64,000 nt of DNA from a virus (Duplodnaviria; Caudoviricetes), in IMG/VR virus record IMGVR_UViG_3300037504_000149; one strand, written 5' to 3'. The position numbers were made by a program, and so were the translations under genes. This document shows, piece by piece, positions 7,895-18,505 of the stretch; the first letter of the stretch is position 1; each line of letters begins with the position of its first letter. The notes beneath the pieces were generated by a model that was given only the letters and a program-made list of their open reading frames with translations, did no database searches and was not told the DNA's origin.

Positions 7895-8914
7895 TTAAGC
7901 CCAAACGTTTGTAGCATATGCACCGCGAGATACACCGTAAGAGTTCCATACGGACATACCACAACGTTGCCATGCAGCTACACCAATCAACATCTGGTCA
8001 GGATAGTTTACCATCTGTACCTTAGTTGTCTGCCTGATAGGCATCCATCCTAGGTGTTCATCGTCGGTAAGTGCGTAAACCTTTTCCTCGTTATTTGAAG
8101 ATGAAATCAAGTTAGTGACATGAATTTCTACGCCACCCCATGATCCGATATAACCTTGCTTATTTACTTCATCCAGCAAGTCTATACCTAGCTCTTGGAT
8201 CTGCCATGTCTGGATAGAACGTGGCAAGTTAGGTCCACCCAAGAAGGCTGTTACGTTCAGCCTGTGCTCTTCAATTTCCCTACGCATACCTGCTAGGAAT
8301 GTCCTAGTCGCTAGTGTAGAAACAGATGTTTCGGAGTTTGTTACGGTTGACTGAGCGTCTAGCAAGTTCAAGAAGCGGGTGTCTTCAAGCAAGGCCATAG
8401 CGATACCAGCCTTATCTTTCAACCTATCCACTACGTTGAACATTGTTTCAACGGTGTCTTCGTAACGCACGTATCCGTTAAAGGCGATGTTGAAAGGATC
8501 CAACTCTAGTCTACGAGCTATTAGGGTGTAATGATCTGCACGTCCATTGTCCGCTACGCGAGCAGCCATGACGTTATCCAGTTCACCAATTGCTCCCCAA
8601 GTTAGGTCGTAATCCCTACGCATAGGGATAGCTGGAGGGTATTCTTCAACAACCCACAAACTACGGTTGATTGGAGCATAATCGAGATAGTGCCTTAGAG
8701 GTGATACTAGCGTTGCAGCTAGGATTTCACGAGCACGAGGACTCCGTGCCGCAGCAGCAAAAGCACGCTTTAGCTGCCGACTTTCCTTGGCCTCTACCTG
8801 ACGATTAGCGATTCTTGCCATTGCAGGGTTTTTTGGCTTACTTTCTTCCTGCGCTTTTTGCAGTGCGCTAGCCAATATTTGCAATGCTTGGTTACTGTTA
8901 ATCTGTTGTGCCAT
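7895..8914 (-). CDS. Major capsid protein (HK97-like fold)
   Basis: Follows protease, scaffold and decoration genes. Motifs PLRHYLDY..INR.L.VVE, DRLKDKA..AM...ED.RF, G.IGSWGGVEIHV. Strong AGGAGGTG RBS, C/G-richer codon usage and a downstream hairpin suggest high expression. Confidence 0.8.
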   Translation of the reverse strand: MAQQINSNQALQILASALQKAQEESKPKNPAMARIANRQVEAKESRQLKRAFAAAARSPRAREILAATLVSPLRHYLDYAPINRSLWVVEEYPPAIPMRRDYDLTWGAIGELDNVMAARVADNGRADHYTLIARRLELDPFNIAFNGYVRYEDTVETMFNVVDRLKDKAGIAMALLEDTRFLNLLDAQSTVTNSETSVSTLATRTFLAGMRREIEEHRLNVTAFLGGPNLPRSIQTWQIQELGIDLLDEVNKQGYIGSWGGVEIHVTNLISSSNNEEKVYALTDDEHLGWMPIRQTTKVQMVNYPDQMLIGVAAWQRCGMSVWNSYGVSRGAYATNVWA

Positions 8915-8936
8915 TTGTATTATTCACCTCCTGGCG

Positions 8937-9428
8937 TTATGTTGTGATTAGACGGTCTAGGTAGAATACTACTTCCAGGTCACCATCAGAAGCAACGTCG
9001 CTTAGAACGTATCCTGCGATAAGCTGGTTTATACTACCACTACCTACTGCGTTATCCCATTTACCATTGTCAGAGATGTACAGCGGGTCACCGGCTGTCC
9101 ATGTACCGCCTGTAGGTGAAGTCTCGTATGGGTATGAATCCGTATAAGAGCTGGACATATTTTTAGGCGTTTCACTGCACAGCACGGCTTTTAGCGATCC
9201 TTGTGGACGGTAAATAGTAATCCTATCACTTGTACCAGCACGATAATTAAAGTAGTCATCGCAAAAAGCGAATAGACCGATAACAGTAGTGCTAGTAGTA
9301 TCCACAGTTATGATTTCCCCACTTGAATCCAATGCAGCAGGCATACCACCTTCAAAAGTACTTAAACTTGAAGAAGGCACCTGAGAAGCATCAGCAAACA
9401 TAGGGTTGTCAAGAGTTCTTATAGCCAT
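8937..9428 (-). CDS. Head decoration / capsid cement protein
   Basis: Small beta-rich protein directly upstream of the capsid gene; WTAGDPLYISDNGKW..IAGYV pattern. Confidence 0.6.
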   Translation of the reverse strand: MAIRTLDNPMFADASQVPSSSLSTFEGGMPAALDSSGEIITVDTTSTTVIGLFAFCDDYFNYRAGTSDRITIYRPQGSLKAVLCSETPKNMSSSYTDSYPYETSPTGGTWTAGDPLYISDNGKWDNAVGSGSINQLIAGYVLSDVASDGDLEVVFYLDRLITT

Positions 9429-9448
9429 TTATTGTTACACCTCCTAAA

Positions 9449-11503
9449 TTAGGGTAGGTCAGGGCGTGTATGGTCTCTTACACGTCCAAATATGTTTAGG
9501 TTCTTTGAAGCGTTCTGAGCTGTTTTTTCATCTAAATCAGCTACAGCTTCCATGTCTGTATACTCATCACTACTTTCTATCCTTCCTTCAGAGTACGCTT
9601 TATATGAATTAGCAATTTTTGTTGCTTGCGTAATCAAATCCTGGTCAGATAGTCCGTTTAAATGCTCCTTGAAGCGTTCTACATTTAGTTGCTTTTCTTC
9701 AGCAGTAGCTAATGTTTGTGCTAGATTAGCGGATACATTGATCCACTTTTCTCTCATCTCATCAGAAGCTATACGCTTGTTATCTACTTTAGAGCTTTCA
9801 TATATTGCTTCAGCTTGAGTAATGAATTCATCAGCAGCTTCGACATTAGCTTTTTCTGAATTAACATCACCTGATGCAGCTAGTATTTGTTCTTCTAGAC
9901 TTGTATCATTCTCCGCAGCTTCGATTTCTTCCATCATCTTTAAAGCTTCCTCAGAATCTTTACCGAATGTTGCTTCTAGATCTTCTTTAGATGCTCCAAA
10001 TGTGGATAGAATTTCCATAACCTCATCATCAGTTACGTCTACTTCTGTATTAGCCTTTTTCAAATCAGCATCATCGTCTAAAGATCCGGGTGCTTCTTTA
10101 CTAGGGCCATCATCTGGTTTAGGTTTATTCTTTGCTCCAGGTGGACGACCTCTACCGTCAGAACCACAATCTACGTCAAATTTATGTCCGCAATTAGGGC
10201 AAGTTACATTCTTTTTCTTGCTTCCCTTATCTGGACTATCTTTAGATTTGCTAGGTGCATCTTGAGGTGGTTTATCCATCTTAGGTGGCATACCATCCGA
10301 CTTAGGATCTGGCATAGGTGGTTCATCACCTATAGCTGTTTTCTCTATCCTATCAATCTTGATGGGGCTTGCTTCGTGAGGATATCTAATCTTTTTCTGA
10401 TTTTTGACTTTTCCAAAATTAGATTTATTAGACATCTTAACACCACCAGGAATTACTTCGCCACTCTGCCCGATCTGGTCCTTACCTTTCGGGTATGCTC
10501 TTTGAGTGCCTTTTTCATAAGGCTGTTGCATTGTTTCGGTTTGTTTCTGGGGCTTTGCTTTTTCAGCATCACTAAATTCCCTATCAAAATCACTAGTTCC
10601 TGTAGTTTCATAATTCTTGATAGGCCCCATACATTTTTCCATAGGGTTGTTAGCTGCTAAAAACTCTGCGGCCATCTGTGGATTGAAAGTAGGACTATCA
10701 GGATCAACAAACTTCGCGTACCAAGCTTTAACTTCTTTTTCCGTACTTGGAGTTTCAGTTGTGGTAGCGTTAGGAGTGTTTTCAGGCTGCTTAACATCTT
10801 CCTTCGCTGATCCGTCTTGATCGGCCTTTTTCTTCACATTAGTGGCCTGCATTCTATTAGACAACATAGCCCTTACTTTATTGTAAAGTTGCTTGTCTCC
10901 CATGCTTGTTGACCTCCTGATCTCTCGATTACCTGTAGCTATTGAAAATTCTCCGTCTGTTGCTACAGGTCTTGTTTGTTCCCCTTCACCTGGGTAAGTG
11001 TTAGGGACAGCTTTATTAGGTTTTGGTATCTTATTGTGTGTTTCACCAACGTCTTCATTTACGGCATGTTCATCTTTGATTTCTTCTTTAGTCTCTTCTT
11101 TATGTTTAGCTTTATACTTAGCTTTTGCTTGCTCTAACATCTGTTTACCAAATGCTTCACTAGTTAAGTCATCTTCGGCAAGATTACCATAACCGTCTAA
11201 GTAAGCTTCTTTATCTACTTCAGCAACTGGTAAACTAGCTACTTCTTCTTCACCATAGTAAAAATGCCATGTTGTATTTTCCTCATCATAAAGACAAGAC
11301 CATTTCTTTTCTTCTACTGGTTCTGGTGAACGTACTTTATCTGTGTCATCTAAATCTTTGTCATATGGTTGACGTACCATACCGTAGTCCCCGCCAGATG
11401 ATTGAGGGATTCCCCCCATACCAGGAACATTCTCATTTATAGATGGTTCGGCTGCCTCTTTTAGATAGGCAGGTATTCTTTTATTTTGTTTATTATTCAC
11501 CAT
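9449..11503 (-). CDS. Scaffold / prohead core-like protein
   Basis: 684 aa, low-complexity and acidic, with one CPNCG knuckle and a helical C-terminus; lies between protease and capsid genes. Confidence 0.6.
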   Translation of the reverse strand: MVNNKQNKRIPAYLKEAAEPSINENVPGMGGIPQSSGGDYGMVRQPYDKDLDDTDKVRSPEPVEEKKWSCLYDEENTTWHFYYGEEEVASLPVAEVDKEAYLDGYGNLAEDDLTSEAFGKQMLEQAKAKYKAKHKEETKEEIKDEHAVNEDVGETHNKIPKPNKAVPNTYPGEGEQTRPVATDGEFSIATGNREIRRSTSMGDKQLYNKVRAMLSNRMQATNVKKKADQDGSAKEDVKQPENTPNATTTETPSTEKEVKAWYAKFVDPDSPTFNPQMAAEFLAANNPMEKCMGPIKNYETTGTSDFDREFSDAEKAKPQKQTETMQQPYEKGTQRAYPKGKDQIGQSGEVIPGGVKMSNKSNFGKVKNQKKIRYPHEASPIKIDRIEKTAIGDEPPMPDPKSDGMPPKMDKPPQDAPSKSKDSPDKGSKKKNVTCPNCGHKFDVDCGSDGRGRPPGAKNKPKPDDGPSKEAPGSLDDDADLKKANTEVDVTDDEVMEILSTFGASKEDLEATFGKDSEEALKMMEEIEAAENDTSLEEQILAASGDVNSEKANVEAADEFITQAEAIYESSKVDNKRIASDEMREKWINVSANLAQTLATAEEKQLNVERFKEHLNGLSDQDLITQATKIANSYKAYSEGRIESSDEYTDMEAVADLDEKTAQNASKNLNIFGRVRDHTRPDLP

Positions 11504-11534
11504 TCACCTATGCATTGGCTACTTTTCTAATGTT

Positions 11535-11547
11535 ATTATAACATAAA
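11535..11547 (-). promoter_or_regulatory. Extended -10 promoter TTTATGTTATAAT upstream of the scaffold-capsid operon
   Basis: TTATGNTATAAT motif shared with 15687, 21256 and 46778; overlaps the palindrome ATGTTAT-T-ATAACAT. Confidence 0.65.
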
Positions 11548-11575
11548 TAGCTTTTTATAAATGAATTTCACAGAC

Positions 11576-12916
11576 TTACTTCCACCTATCTGGGATATAT
11601 TCAAAGTCTTCCTTCCATTTACCATCATCTTCATCATCATCTTTAGTATCTACAGCTAAATCTACACCAACTGGAATGTCCGTTTTTAGTAACTCTTCTT
11701 CATCGGCTTTTTTAGCAGAGTCTACACTATCAAGTTTAATATCTTTTAAATTACCGTGGAATGGTGCATCAAATTCCAGCGGTATCTCGTGTGCTTCTGG
11801 GGGAGGAGTGAAGTATGGGTTATCTTCAGAATCTCTATAATCAGCTATTCTTATTTTAGCTAAATTACCTATCATACGTTGTGCTTCTTTTATTTTTTGT
11901 GTAGCTTCTTTAAATATTGCTGCTTCATCACCGTGTAATATAATAGGTGTAGAGTTGTAATCCTCTGTATTTGTACTTATTACAGGAGCTGCTGTCTTCC
12001 TAATTAAAGCTTGACCAACTCTTGATGATCCTGAATCTAAGTATGCATTCCAGAAGTCTTTATTCTCTTTATCATCTTCATATTTCTTAATTATATCTTT
12101 AATATCTATGACAGAGTTTTCAATTACTTTATGACCACTATATACTTTCATAATCTTAGCATAAGGGTCGGCTCCTCCGCCAATAGGTGCTTGTGTGGTT
12201 ATTATAGAGTCTTCAAAGAATAAGAAATCTTTAACTATTTCATAAACATCCCTTGATAATGCTCCATATTTCATCAATTCATGTTTATCTTTTAAGTGTA
12301 CACAAAAATCATTTAAATCGTATATTTGTTTACCACACACACTACATGTAGAATACGCAGCCACACACCCCATACTGGTGTCTGTAACTACACCGCCTGT
12401 AATTAATGTTGGTAAACTAGGGAATTTCTTCTCAGCAGTAAGTACATCTATGATGCACACATTATCTACATATACTGCTCGTGGATCTTCCGGGTAGAAT
12501 ACGGATGGTCGTAAAGCTGAATCATATACTACACCTATTTTATTGTTATCGAAATCTCCATTATCATGATCTATAAATACAGCGGAACCTAAAAACGTTT
12601 TATACCTGTCCCTCAAATCAACTCCCATAAATCCATCGTGGTTTAAATTAGGACCGGAATCTTCTATAGAAGACATAGCTCTAGTTCTGTAATACAAATA
12701 TCTATCAGGATATAGCTTTACAGCACTTGCTGCCTTCTTCAAGAAATTGTCAGCAGCATCATCATTTAATGCTAGTTTTACAGGAACATCCTGTATATCT
12801 TGTACATTGAACGCTGAGCTAAGTATTCTACGACTGCGTTTAGTTACGTTTAATGGATGTGCACCATAAAATCTACGTTTATAATTATCTGGGTTTATAT
12901 TTCTTAAACTTGCCAT
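11576..12916 (-). CDS. Prohead maturation protease
   Basis: N.NHDGF...YKTF.G..VFIDHDN, TSMGC...CSVCG...CVH, FFEDS...GADP.A: the His/Ser protease pattern with a Zn knuckle seen in large phages; sits in the head operon. Confidence 0.75.
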   Translation of the reverse strand: MASLRNINPDNYKRRFYGAHPLNVTKRSRRILSSAFNVQDIQDVPVKLALNDDAADNFLKKAASAVKLYPDRYLYYRTRAMSSIEDSGPNLNHDGFMGVDLRDRYKTFLGSAVFIDHDNGDFDNNKIGVVYDSALRPSVFYPEDPRAVYVDNVCIIDVLTAEKKFPSLPTLITGGVVTDTSMGCVAAYSTCSVCGKQIYDLNDFCVHLKDKHELMKYGALSRDVYEIVKDFLFFEDSIITTQAPIGGGADPYAKIMKVYSGHKVIENSVIDIKDIIKKYEDDKENKDFWNAYLDSGSSRVGQALIRKTAAPVISTNTEDYNSTPIILHGDEAAIFKEATQKIKEAQRMIGNLAKIRIADYRDSEDNPYFTPPPEAHEIPLEFDAPFHGNLKDIKLDSVDSAKKADEEELLKTDIPVGVDLAVDTKDDDEDDGKWKEDFEYIPDRWK

Positions 12917-14529
12917 AATGCTTCCTTTAATATATTTGAGGGTGCATGACGAATTGTGTCAATTACACTACGATCATTTATTACAAATGTAACTTTAGAT
13001 GCGTTTACGTTTATTGGTTCTTCGGTGTCCTCTTCGTCCATAGTAGCTTGTTCTTTAGTGTCTTGACTACGTATAGTTTTTAATAATGTTTCGGCATAGT
13101 CACTCAACGATTGTTTAATATTATCTAAATCTGATTTGTTACGGACAGTTCCATTATTGAACGCTTGCATAATAGCAGATTCTATAGATTTTAAAGGGAA
13201 GTCTAGAACATCACCCTCTGTAGGGATAGTGAATGCTCTTGGTATTCCTTGTGAGGTAAGTGACGTTGCTTTACTATAGTCTAGAGTCATTCTTTGTAAT
13301 TCACCTAAGAAAAACCTACTAAAAATAGCAATCATCCATTCTACAAAGTTTTGGGAAGATTCTATAATATAATTATAACCATTGAAGTATTTATATAATT
13401 GTGTACTCTCTGCATCCTTACCTCTAAGATCTTTTGTTATATCATATGTTTGGTTATACACACTATCGTTAATATATGTGATTACGTTAGAAAGATTAAA
13501 TACATCTTCTATTGTTTCAGGATTAAATATATTTAATGTTGATATAATTAAATCATTACTATCGAAAGTATTTATTAAACTATATACCGCTTTTTCTAAG
13601 TATTCTACATTTGTAGTGTCACCAGACAACATTATTTTCACTAAATTTTCATTATTACTTAATATATCAAAGTATGGTAAGAATCTTTCTTCAACAGAAG
13701 AGTATAAGATCAAAGCACCTTTATAAGCTGAATACTCCTTAACATACTTATATATATTAGGTACACTATTTTTAAAATTTTCTAGTATATCATATGCCTC
13801 ATCCACAGTTATATCAAGTTCGCTCTCAGCTATAGCATTTTGTATTTTAGATTCTTCTTCTGTAGCATCTCTACGCATACCGGTTCCGTAATCCTTACCG
13901 ATATCTGTAGCAAAAGATGTATCTTCTGTAATACTTTCTAATGGCGCATATGATAGAGATGTACTAAGATCTATATTATCCCACACACCTAATTCAAAAA
14001 CTTCTTTAGCATATCCAGCTTGCATAGTTTCTCGTAAACCAATAAAGAAGTCGTATACAATAGCCGCAGCTTTTACGGCTGTTGTATACTTAAAATTATT
14101 ATCAATATAATCTAGTATATTATCTACCTGTACTGTGTCCATCTCATTTACATAATTAGATATTTGTGTATCATCATAACCTAATTGTTGCCCGTAATGA
14201 TTAATAGTTTCGTATATAAGATTACTGGCAGGAGCTTTAACTAATTCTATTCTTTGTAAAGCCTCATTTATATCACTACTAGTTGAAAATGTATCGCTTA
14301 AAAGTAATAATGCTTCAAGTTGTTTGGTATCTAGTTCCCTATAATCTATAGTGTCTATACTTTCTATTATTTCGTTAAGCTCATCTTCATCAGTATAAGT
14401 ACCCGATACATTACTTTCTAAACCGTCGGCTGTTTTTTTATACTTTAACGGTATGTTAAAGCTAGGAGACACAAATAGCGGTTCTCCCCCTAAAGCGGCG
14501 ACAATACTTCTAGTAGTGATTGCTCTCAT
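12904..14529 (-). CDS. Hypothetical acidic protein, probably head-associated
   Basis: 541 aa; overlaps the protease start. Confidence 0.7.
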   Translation of the reverse strand: MRAITTRSIVAALGGEPLFVSPSFNIPLKYKKTADGLESNVSGTYTDEDELNEIIESIDTIDYRELDTKQLEALLLLSDTFSTSSDINEALQRIELVKAPASNLIYETINHYGQQLGYDDTQISNYVNEMDTVQVDNILDYIDNNFKYTTAVKAAAIVYDFFIGLRETMQAGYAKEVFELGVWDNIDLSTSLSYAPLESITEDTSFATDIGKDYGTGMRRDATEEESKIQNAIAESELDITVDEAYDILENFKNSVPNIYKYVKEYSAYKGALILYSSVEERFLPYFDILSNNENLVKIMLSGDTTNVEYLEKAVYSLINTFDSNDLIISTLNIFNPETIEDVFNLSNVITYINDSVYNQTYDITKDLRGKDAESTQLYKYFNGYNYIIESSQNFVEWMIAIFSRFFLGELQRMTLDYSKATSLTSQGIPRAFTIPTEGDVLDFPLKSIESAIMQAFNNGTVRNKSDLDNIKQSLSDYAETLLKTIRSQDTKEQATMDEEDTEEPINVNASKVTFVINDRSVIDTIRHAPSNILKEALWQV

Positions 14530-15249
14530 TTATGAATCGGCTTTAACTTTACTTAGTACTTTATCAAACTTTTTAACACTTTTACTCGTAAATTTTTCCA
14601 GTATAGATTTATTTCTAGAACCGTTAGGTATAAATTCGAAAAAGTACCTTACGTCTAAGTAACCTGTTAAATACTTACCTAATCCATGAGTATAACTATA
14701 TCTGTATTTAGGATCATTAATATACTGATCTAGTTCTTTTAAATTGGCTGATAAATCATTTATAAGATCTTCAGCGTTATCAGCGTGCTGGATAGCTTCA
14801 ATAATACCTGCGGTGACATCATAATCACCTGCTGATTTACGCCTAACATAATCTATAATCTTTATCATTTTCTGATCATTTTTATATGTTTGGCGTAAAA
14901 CTTTATATGCATCTTCAAATTCATCCATTCTTTTTTTCAATAATTTAGAAGGGAGATTGTAATATGCATGTATTATAGCTACTCCACTATGGTCACCATA
15001 CTCCATCTCATACAGACAAGGAAATGAAACAGCGAATGCTTGCTCTCGCTTTTTGGGTTTAGGTGTTTTATTCGCTATAGCCTTATATTCATCACTAAAG
15101 CTATAAGTATTTATACCCTGATCTTTTACTCTATCCAATACGTCAATAGCAAACTGACTATACAGCGCTGCTTCGTTAGCATTAAATTCTCTATTATACT
15201 GCAAGCTATCATCTACAATGTTTTCGATCAGTAGTGTTATGTTATCCAT
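14530..15249 (-). CDS. Hypothetical protein
   Basis: 239-aa ORF abutting its neighbours. Confidence 0.7.
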   Translation of the reverse strand: MDNITLLIENIVDDSLQYNREFNANEAALYSQFAIDVLDRVKDQGINTYSFSDEYKAIANKTPKPKKREQAFAVSFPCLYEMEYGDHSGVAIIHAYYNLPSKLLKKRMDEFEDAYKVLRQTYKNDQKMIKIIDYVRRKSAGDYDVTAGIIEAIQHADNAEDLINDLSANLKELDQYINDPKYRYSYTHGLGKYLTGYLDVRYFFEFIPNGSRNKSILEKFTSKSVKKFDKVLSKVKADS

Positions 15250-15649
15250 TGTTCTTTTCCCTATATACTTTATTTAGTATTGAAACTGCTTTACGAATAT
15301 GTCCTACAAAATAACTCTGTGTTAGTGACATCTTACGATATGCCTCCGATTCCTTACCGTCAATATTATTTAAATGACTTTTTGCTTGTTCAGTAAGAAC
15401 TACAATACCTTTCAAGGCATCTATTAAAAATCGTAAATCAGGAATATCTTCACTAGTTAAATTTTTTGGCAAAAAACCTTCGACAGGTTCTGTAGGTATT
15501 TTACCTATCCTCAAAGAGAACGATGTACCACAAGTAGGACAAAACCCTAAGTCATCTACGTCATTTTCTATACGGGGTATAATTGCTTTATTACTTAAGT
15601 CAGGTTTAGTTATATAACGTTCTATAAAGTCTTCGTGTGTTTCATCCAT
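15242..15649 (-). CDS. Hypothetical protein with one CPTCG motif
   Basis: AAGGAG RBS; first gene after the promoter at 15687. Confidence 0.7.
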   Translation of the reverse strand: MDETHEDFIERYITKPDLSNKAIIPRIENDVDDLGFCPTCGTSFSLRIGKIPTEPVEGFLPKNLTSEDIPDLRFLIDALKGIVVLTEQAKSHLNNIDGKESEAYRKMSLTQSYFVGHIRKAVSILNKVYREKNNG

Positions 15650-15686
15650 CAGTTATCTCCTTAATATAATTGTTGCTTCATCTACT

Positions 15687-15698
15687 ATTATACCATAA
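15687..15698 (-). promoter_or_regulatory. Extended -10 promoter TTATGGTATAAT
   Basis: Motif match immediately after the terminator. Confidence 0.65.
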
Positions 15699-15702
15699 TA
15701 GA

Positions 15703-15733
15703 TAAAAAAACAGCCCTTATAACAAGAGCTGTT
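15703..15733 (-). terminator. Rho-independent terminator
   Basis: Minus strand caacagctcttgttataagggctgttttttt. Confidence 0.75.
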
Positions 15734-15753
15734 GATTTATACTTTATATTTAT

Positions 15754-16380
15754 TTAACTAGTCCATAATATATGCCACCTAGCTTGTGGTTTATTTGTTT
15801 TCTTAAACCCATATAACTTACCACTTTCTAGTTTATTCCTAACTGTAGCGGTAGTTACGTTTAGTTGTTCTGCTATAAATTTAGTATTTGTTACTTTAAT
15901 ACGTGGATCCGCTAAGAGTATACTCACACTACGTGCATATTTAGGTGACTTATCTTGATCACTATCCTCTAAAACCACACGGACATAGTCTCCATGATAT
16001 TCTATTAAAGAAATATAAATACTATCTGTATCTATAACTGGAAAATTATCAGATATGATCAAATCCTTAGAAGGTATATCCGTATCCGAGTGAGTCAGTG
16101 ATTGTATTTCCCTAAGCATTTGATCTGCTTCCTTTGATAATTCAGGGTCTTTATCGGCATATTCTCGTAATGCGTAGTTTACCGTAGCTTCAACCATCTC
16201 CTTTTTCATGTCTAAAGCTTGGTTAAGTAATTCAATATCATTAGATTGTGCATCTATATCGTACTTAGGTATATCTATATCTGTGCCGAAAGACTTACGT
16301 AACCATACTACAAGTTTATACCATACTCTTTTAAACCATAATCCTATTTTTCTAAACATACTATTCCTCCGTTTGATCAC
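15754..16380 (-). CDS. Protein with C-terminal excisionase/MerR-like helix-turn-helix (start probably ATG 16359)
   Basis: NTKFIAEQLNVTTATVRNKLESGKLYGFK...RWHI; GGAGG RBS before MFRK. Confidence 0.6.
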   Translation of the reverse strand: MIKRRNSMFRKIGLWFKRVWYKLVVWLRKSFGTDIDIPKYDIDAQSNDIELLNQALDMKKEMVEATVNYALREYADKDPELSKEADQMLREIQSLTHSDTDIPSKDLIISDNFPVIDTDSIYISLIEYHGDYVRVVLEDSDQDKSPKYARSVSILLADPRIKVTNTKFIAEQLNVTTATVRNKLESGKLYGFKKTNKPQARWHILWTS

Positions 16381-17674
16381 TACGGTTTCTAAATACTGGT
16401 GTTTTTACTCCGCGTTCATTAGCTTTCCACTCTTTAGGATTATCTAACCATACCTTCTCTTCCATTATAACACCTTCGTGTTCATGTATAGTTAGTAATT
16501 TTTGGCTTGGTCGAGAGCATAAACGTTTTTCTGCTGCAAATGGTGATGTCCCTACCCAACTTCCGTTAATGTAAGTGTAACTGTTATTATCGCTTATAGT
16601 TGCATCTCGATGGTGATGTCCTATTTTAAACAAGTCTGCCTGTTCTCCAAAAAACTGTCCATACTGTGCATTGGCTCTATCAATACCATAATATGGAATA
16701 CCTCTACTATAAGACCGTATATTATCTCCGTGTGTTATTAAATGTAACCACTTAGGTATTTCATCTAATCGATATAAAATACCACCAGTCTTCGCATAAA
16801 CTAAATCTATACCATCTACATCCATAAACTTTAATCTTAGCATTTCAGCTACTAGATTGTCAAAGTTATCAGCTTTATGATGATGCTTAGAGAATCTACC
16901 ATGATTACCTGGCACCATCTGTATTAATATTCTATTAAACCACTTCTTCAATGTAACTATCATTTGTACGAACATATCAGTAACTACATAAACTTGTTCA
17001 AGTACAGAGTTAATTGCGTAGTTACGTTGTCCAGGATAAATAGATACACCCTCTATCAAATCACCTAAGAAATCCATACATAATGTATTTATAGGAAAAG
17101 CTTTACGCTTTATCTCCGTAAGTTGGATTATCTTTTCAGTGAGTTTTTTACCCCTCTCTAACATAATGTCCATATTGTAGGGGGCTACACCTTGGGCATC
17201 GGTAGTTTTAAATACTGTACCTCCTTGAACATCTCCAATAACAATATTAGCTACATAAGCTTCGTCGGAATCAATCTTAGGTACAACTTGCTCTACTTTA
17301 ATAGGCTTACGTTTAGCTTCATAGCGTGCTATCTCAGCCCTCATTAGTTCCCAAAAATCTTTTAAACGTTTATTTTCAGCTAATACTTTCTTTAATTGCT
17401 TTTCAGTTTCTACACTTTGAACAATATCTTTACCATACTTCTTGACAAATTCTGCTCTATCCCGTAATCCAAAGTCTTCTCTAACTTTATCCATTAAGCC
17501 AGCTCTACGTAACTTACCACGCACAGCATCACCAGAAGGAGCACCAACTATTTCTGCTACTTTAGCAAACGCTTCTGTATATGTAGAAGATTTTACTTCA
17601 AAAACTGTTTTGTAATATAGTTCTTCTGGTGATATATTATCCCAAGATATGTTGTTCAATAAGTCTTTAGACAT
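16361..17674 (-). CDS. Calcineurin-like metallophosphoesterase with N-terminal helical/coiled region
   Basis: Motifs GDVQGG, LGDLIEG, GNHGR, HGD, GHHH, NGS. Confidence 0.8.
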   Translation of the reverse strand: MSKDLLNNISWDNISPEELYYKTVFEVKSSTYTEAFAKVAEIVGAPSGDAVRGKLRRAGLMDKVREDFGLRDRAEFVKKYGKDIVQSVETEKQLKKVLAENKRLKDFWELMRAEIARYEAKRKPIKVEQVVPKIDSDEAYVANIVIGDVQGGTVFKTTDAQGVAPYNMDIMLERGKKLTEKIIQLTEIKRKAFPINTLCMDFLGDLIEGVSIYPGQRNYAINSVLEQVYVVTDMFVQMIVTLKKWFNRILIQMVPGNHGRFSKHHHKADNFDNLVAEMLRLKFMDVDGIDLVYAKTGGILYRLDEIPKWLHLITHGDNIRSYSRGIPYYGIDRANAQYGQFFGEQADLFKIGHHHRDATISDNNSYTYINGSWVGTSPFAAEKRLCSRPSQKLLTIHEHEGVIMEEKVWLDNPKEWKANERGVKTPVFRNRSDQTEE

Positions 17675-17685
17675 GAAAACTCCTT

Positions 17686-18123
17686 TTAATCTACAATTGG
17701 ATTCTTCTCGTAATGTTTTAACTTAGTTAAAAATTTAATAGGTAATACTTTTACACAGTTTGCACATTCTAAATTATTTAATTGACCTGTACCACTACAC
17801 TTAGTGTTCCAATAATTACAACAATTTTCACATACTCCTCCTATGATTATACTTGCTAAAACTGTTTGGTAATCTAAAATATTAGTAACTATTTCATTAG
17901 TAAGCTCACCAAATTTACTTTCAAATAATTCTACTATATTACGATTAGTGTCTCTTCTTACAGCTTCTTTACGTAAAAATTTATCGAAAGTAACTCTAGC
18001 TATTGGATGAAATCTTTTTGTTTCCTTTAATAATTTATATATATTAAAGCCTAACGGATGTTCGTTTATAATAATCCTTATAGCCTCTAACTTATTTTGT
18101 GTCACCTGTGTCATTTGAATCAT
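17686..18123 (-). CDS. Hypothetical protein with Cys-rich C-terminus (CENC...C...CANC)
   Basis: ORF translation. Confidence 0.6.
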   Translation of the reverse strand: MIQMTQVTQNKLEAIRIIINEHPLGFNIYKLLKETKRFHPIARVTFDKFLRKEAVRRDTNRNIVELFESKFGELTNEIVTNILDYQTVLASIIIGGVCENCCNYWNTKCSGTGQLNNLECANCVKVLPIKFLTKLKHYEKNPIVD

Positions 18124-18505
18124 CTACTTCAATTTTGCTAAGAGCATCAACTGTTATTTTAGATAGCTCTTCCCAATTTTCACGAACGATAATTCCCGGA
18201 ACACTAACTGAAACACTTCTGTTGCCCGTAAGTATATTTACATCATCTAATATATCCTCTAAACTATTAGATATAGTTTCTTGTACAGTATTGTCAAACA
18301 CTTTACGGTAATCTAAATATACTTTTTGGTATTTTCCATCAAACAACAATTTTAGTTTTTTACTAGTTATTTTATCTAATTTAAATTTACTTAATCTACT
18401 ATCCATAGATCTGAAAATAGTATCTACAAATTCTATAAATAACTTTTCTAAAACTGTATCATTTAATTCTGTAGACAAAGATACTGTAAACATACTAATC
18501 TCCAT
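18092..18505 (-). CDS. Hypothetical protein
   Basis: ORF in an operon; GGAG RBS before MFTV. Confidence 0.65.
   Translation of the reverse strand: MEISMFTVSLSTELNDTVLEKLFIEFVDTIFRSMDSRLSKFKLDKITSKKLKLLFDGKYQKVYLDYRKVFDNTVQETISNSLEDILDDVNILTGNRSVSVSVPGIIVRENWEELSKITVDALSKIEVDDSNDTGDTK

Noticed and set aside
9552-11192. Several plus-strand Ser-rich ORFs, and similar antisense ORFs throughout the track
   Set aside because: They lie opposite long, well-supported genes and have the composition expected of reverse-complement codons.
12904-15249. Stop-codon reassignment or read-through joining adjacent in-frame ORFs (also at 34166/34167)
   Set aside because: The junctions are TAA followed directly by ATG. 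Conserved genes are full length in the standard code, and TAG and TGA both act as stops.
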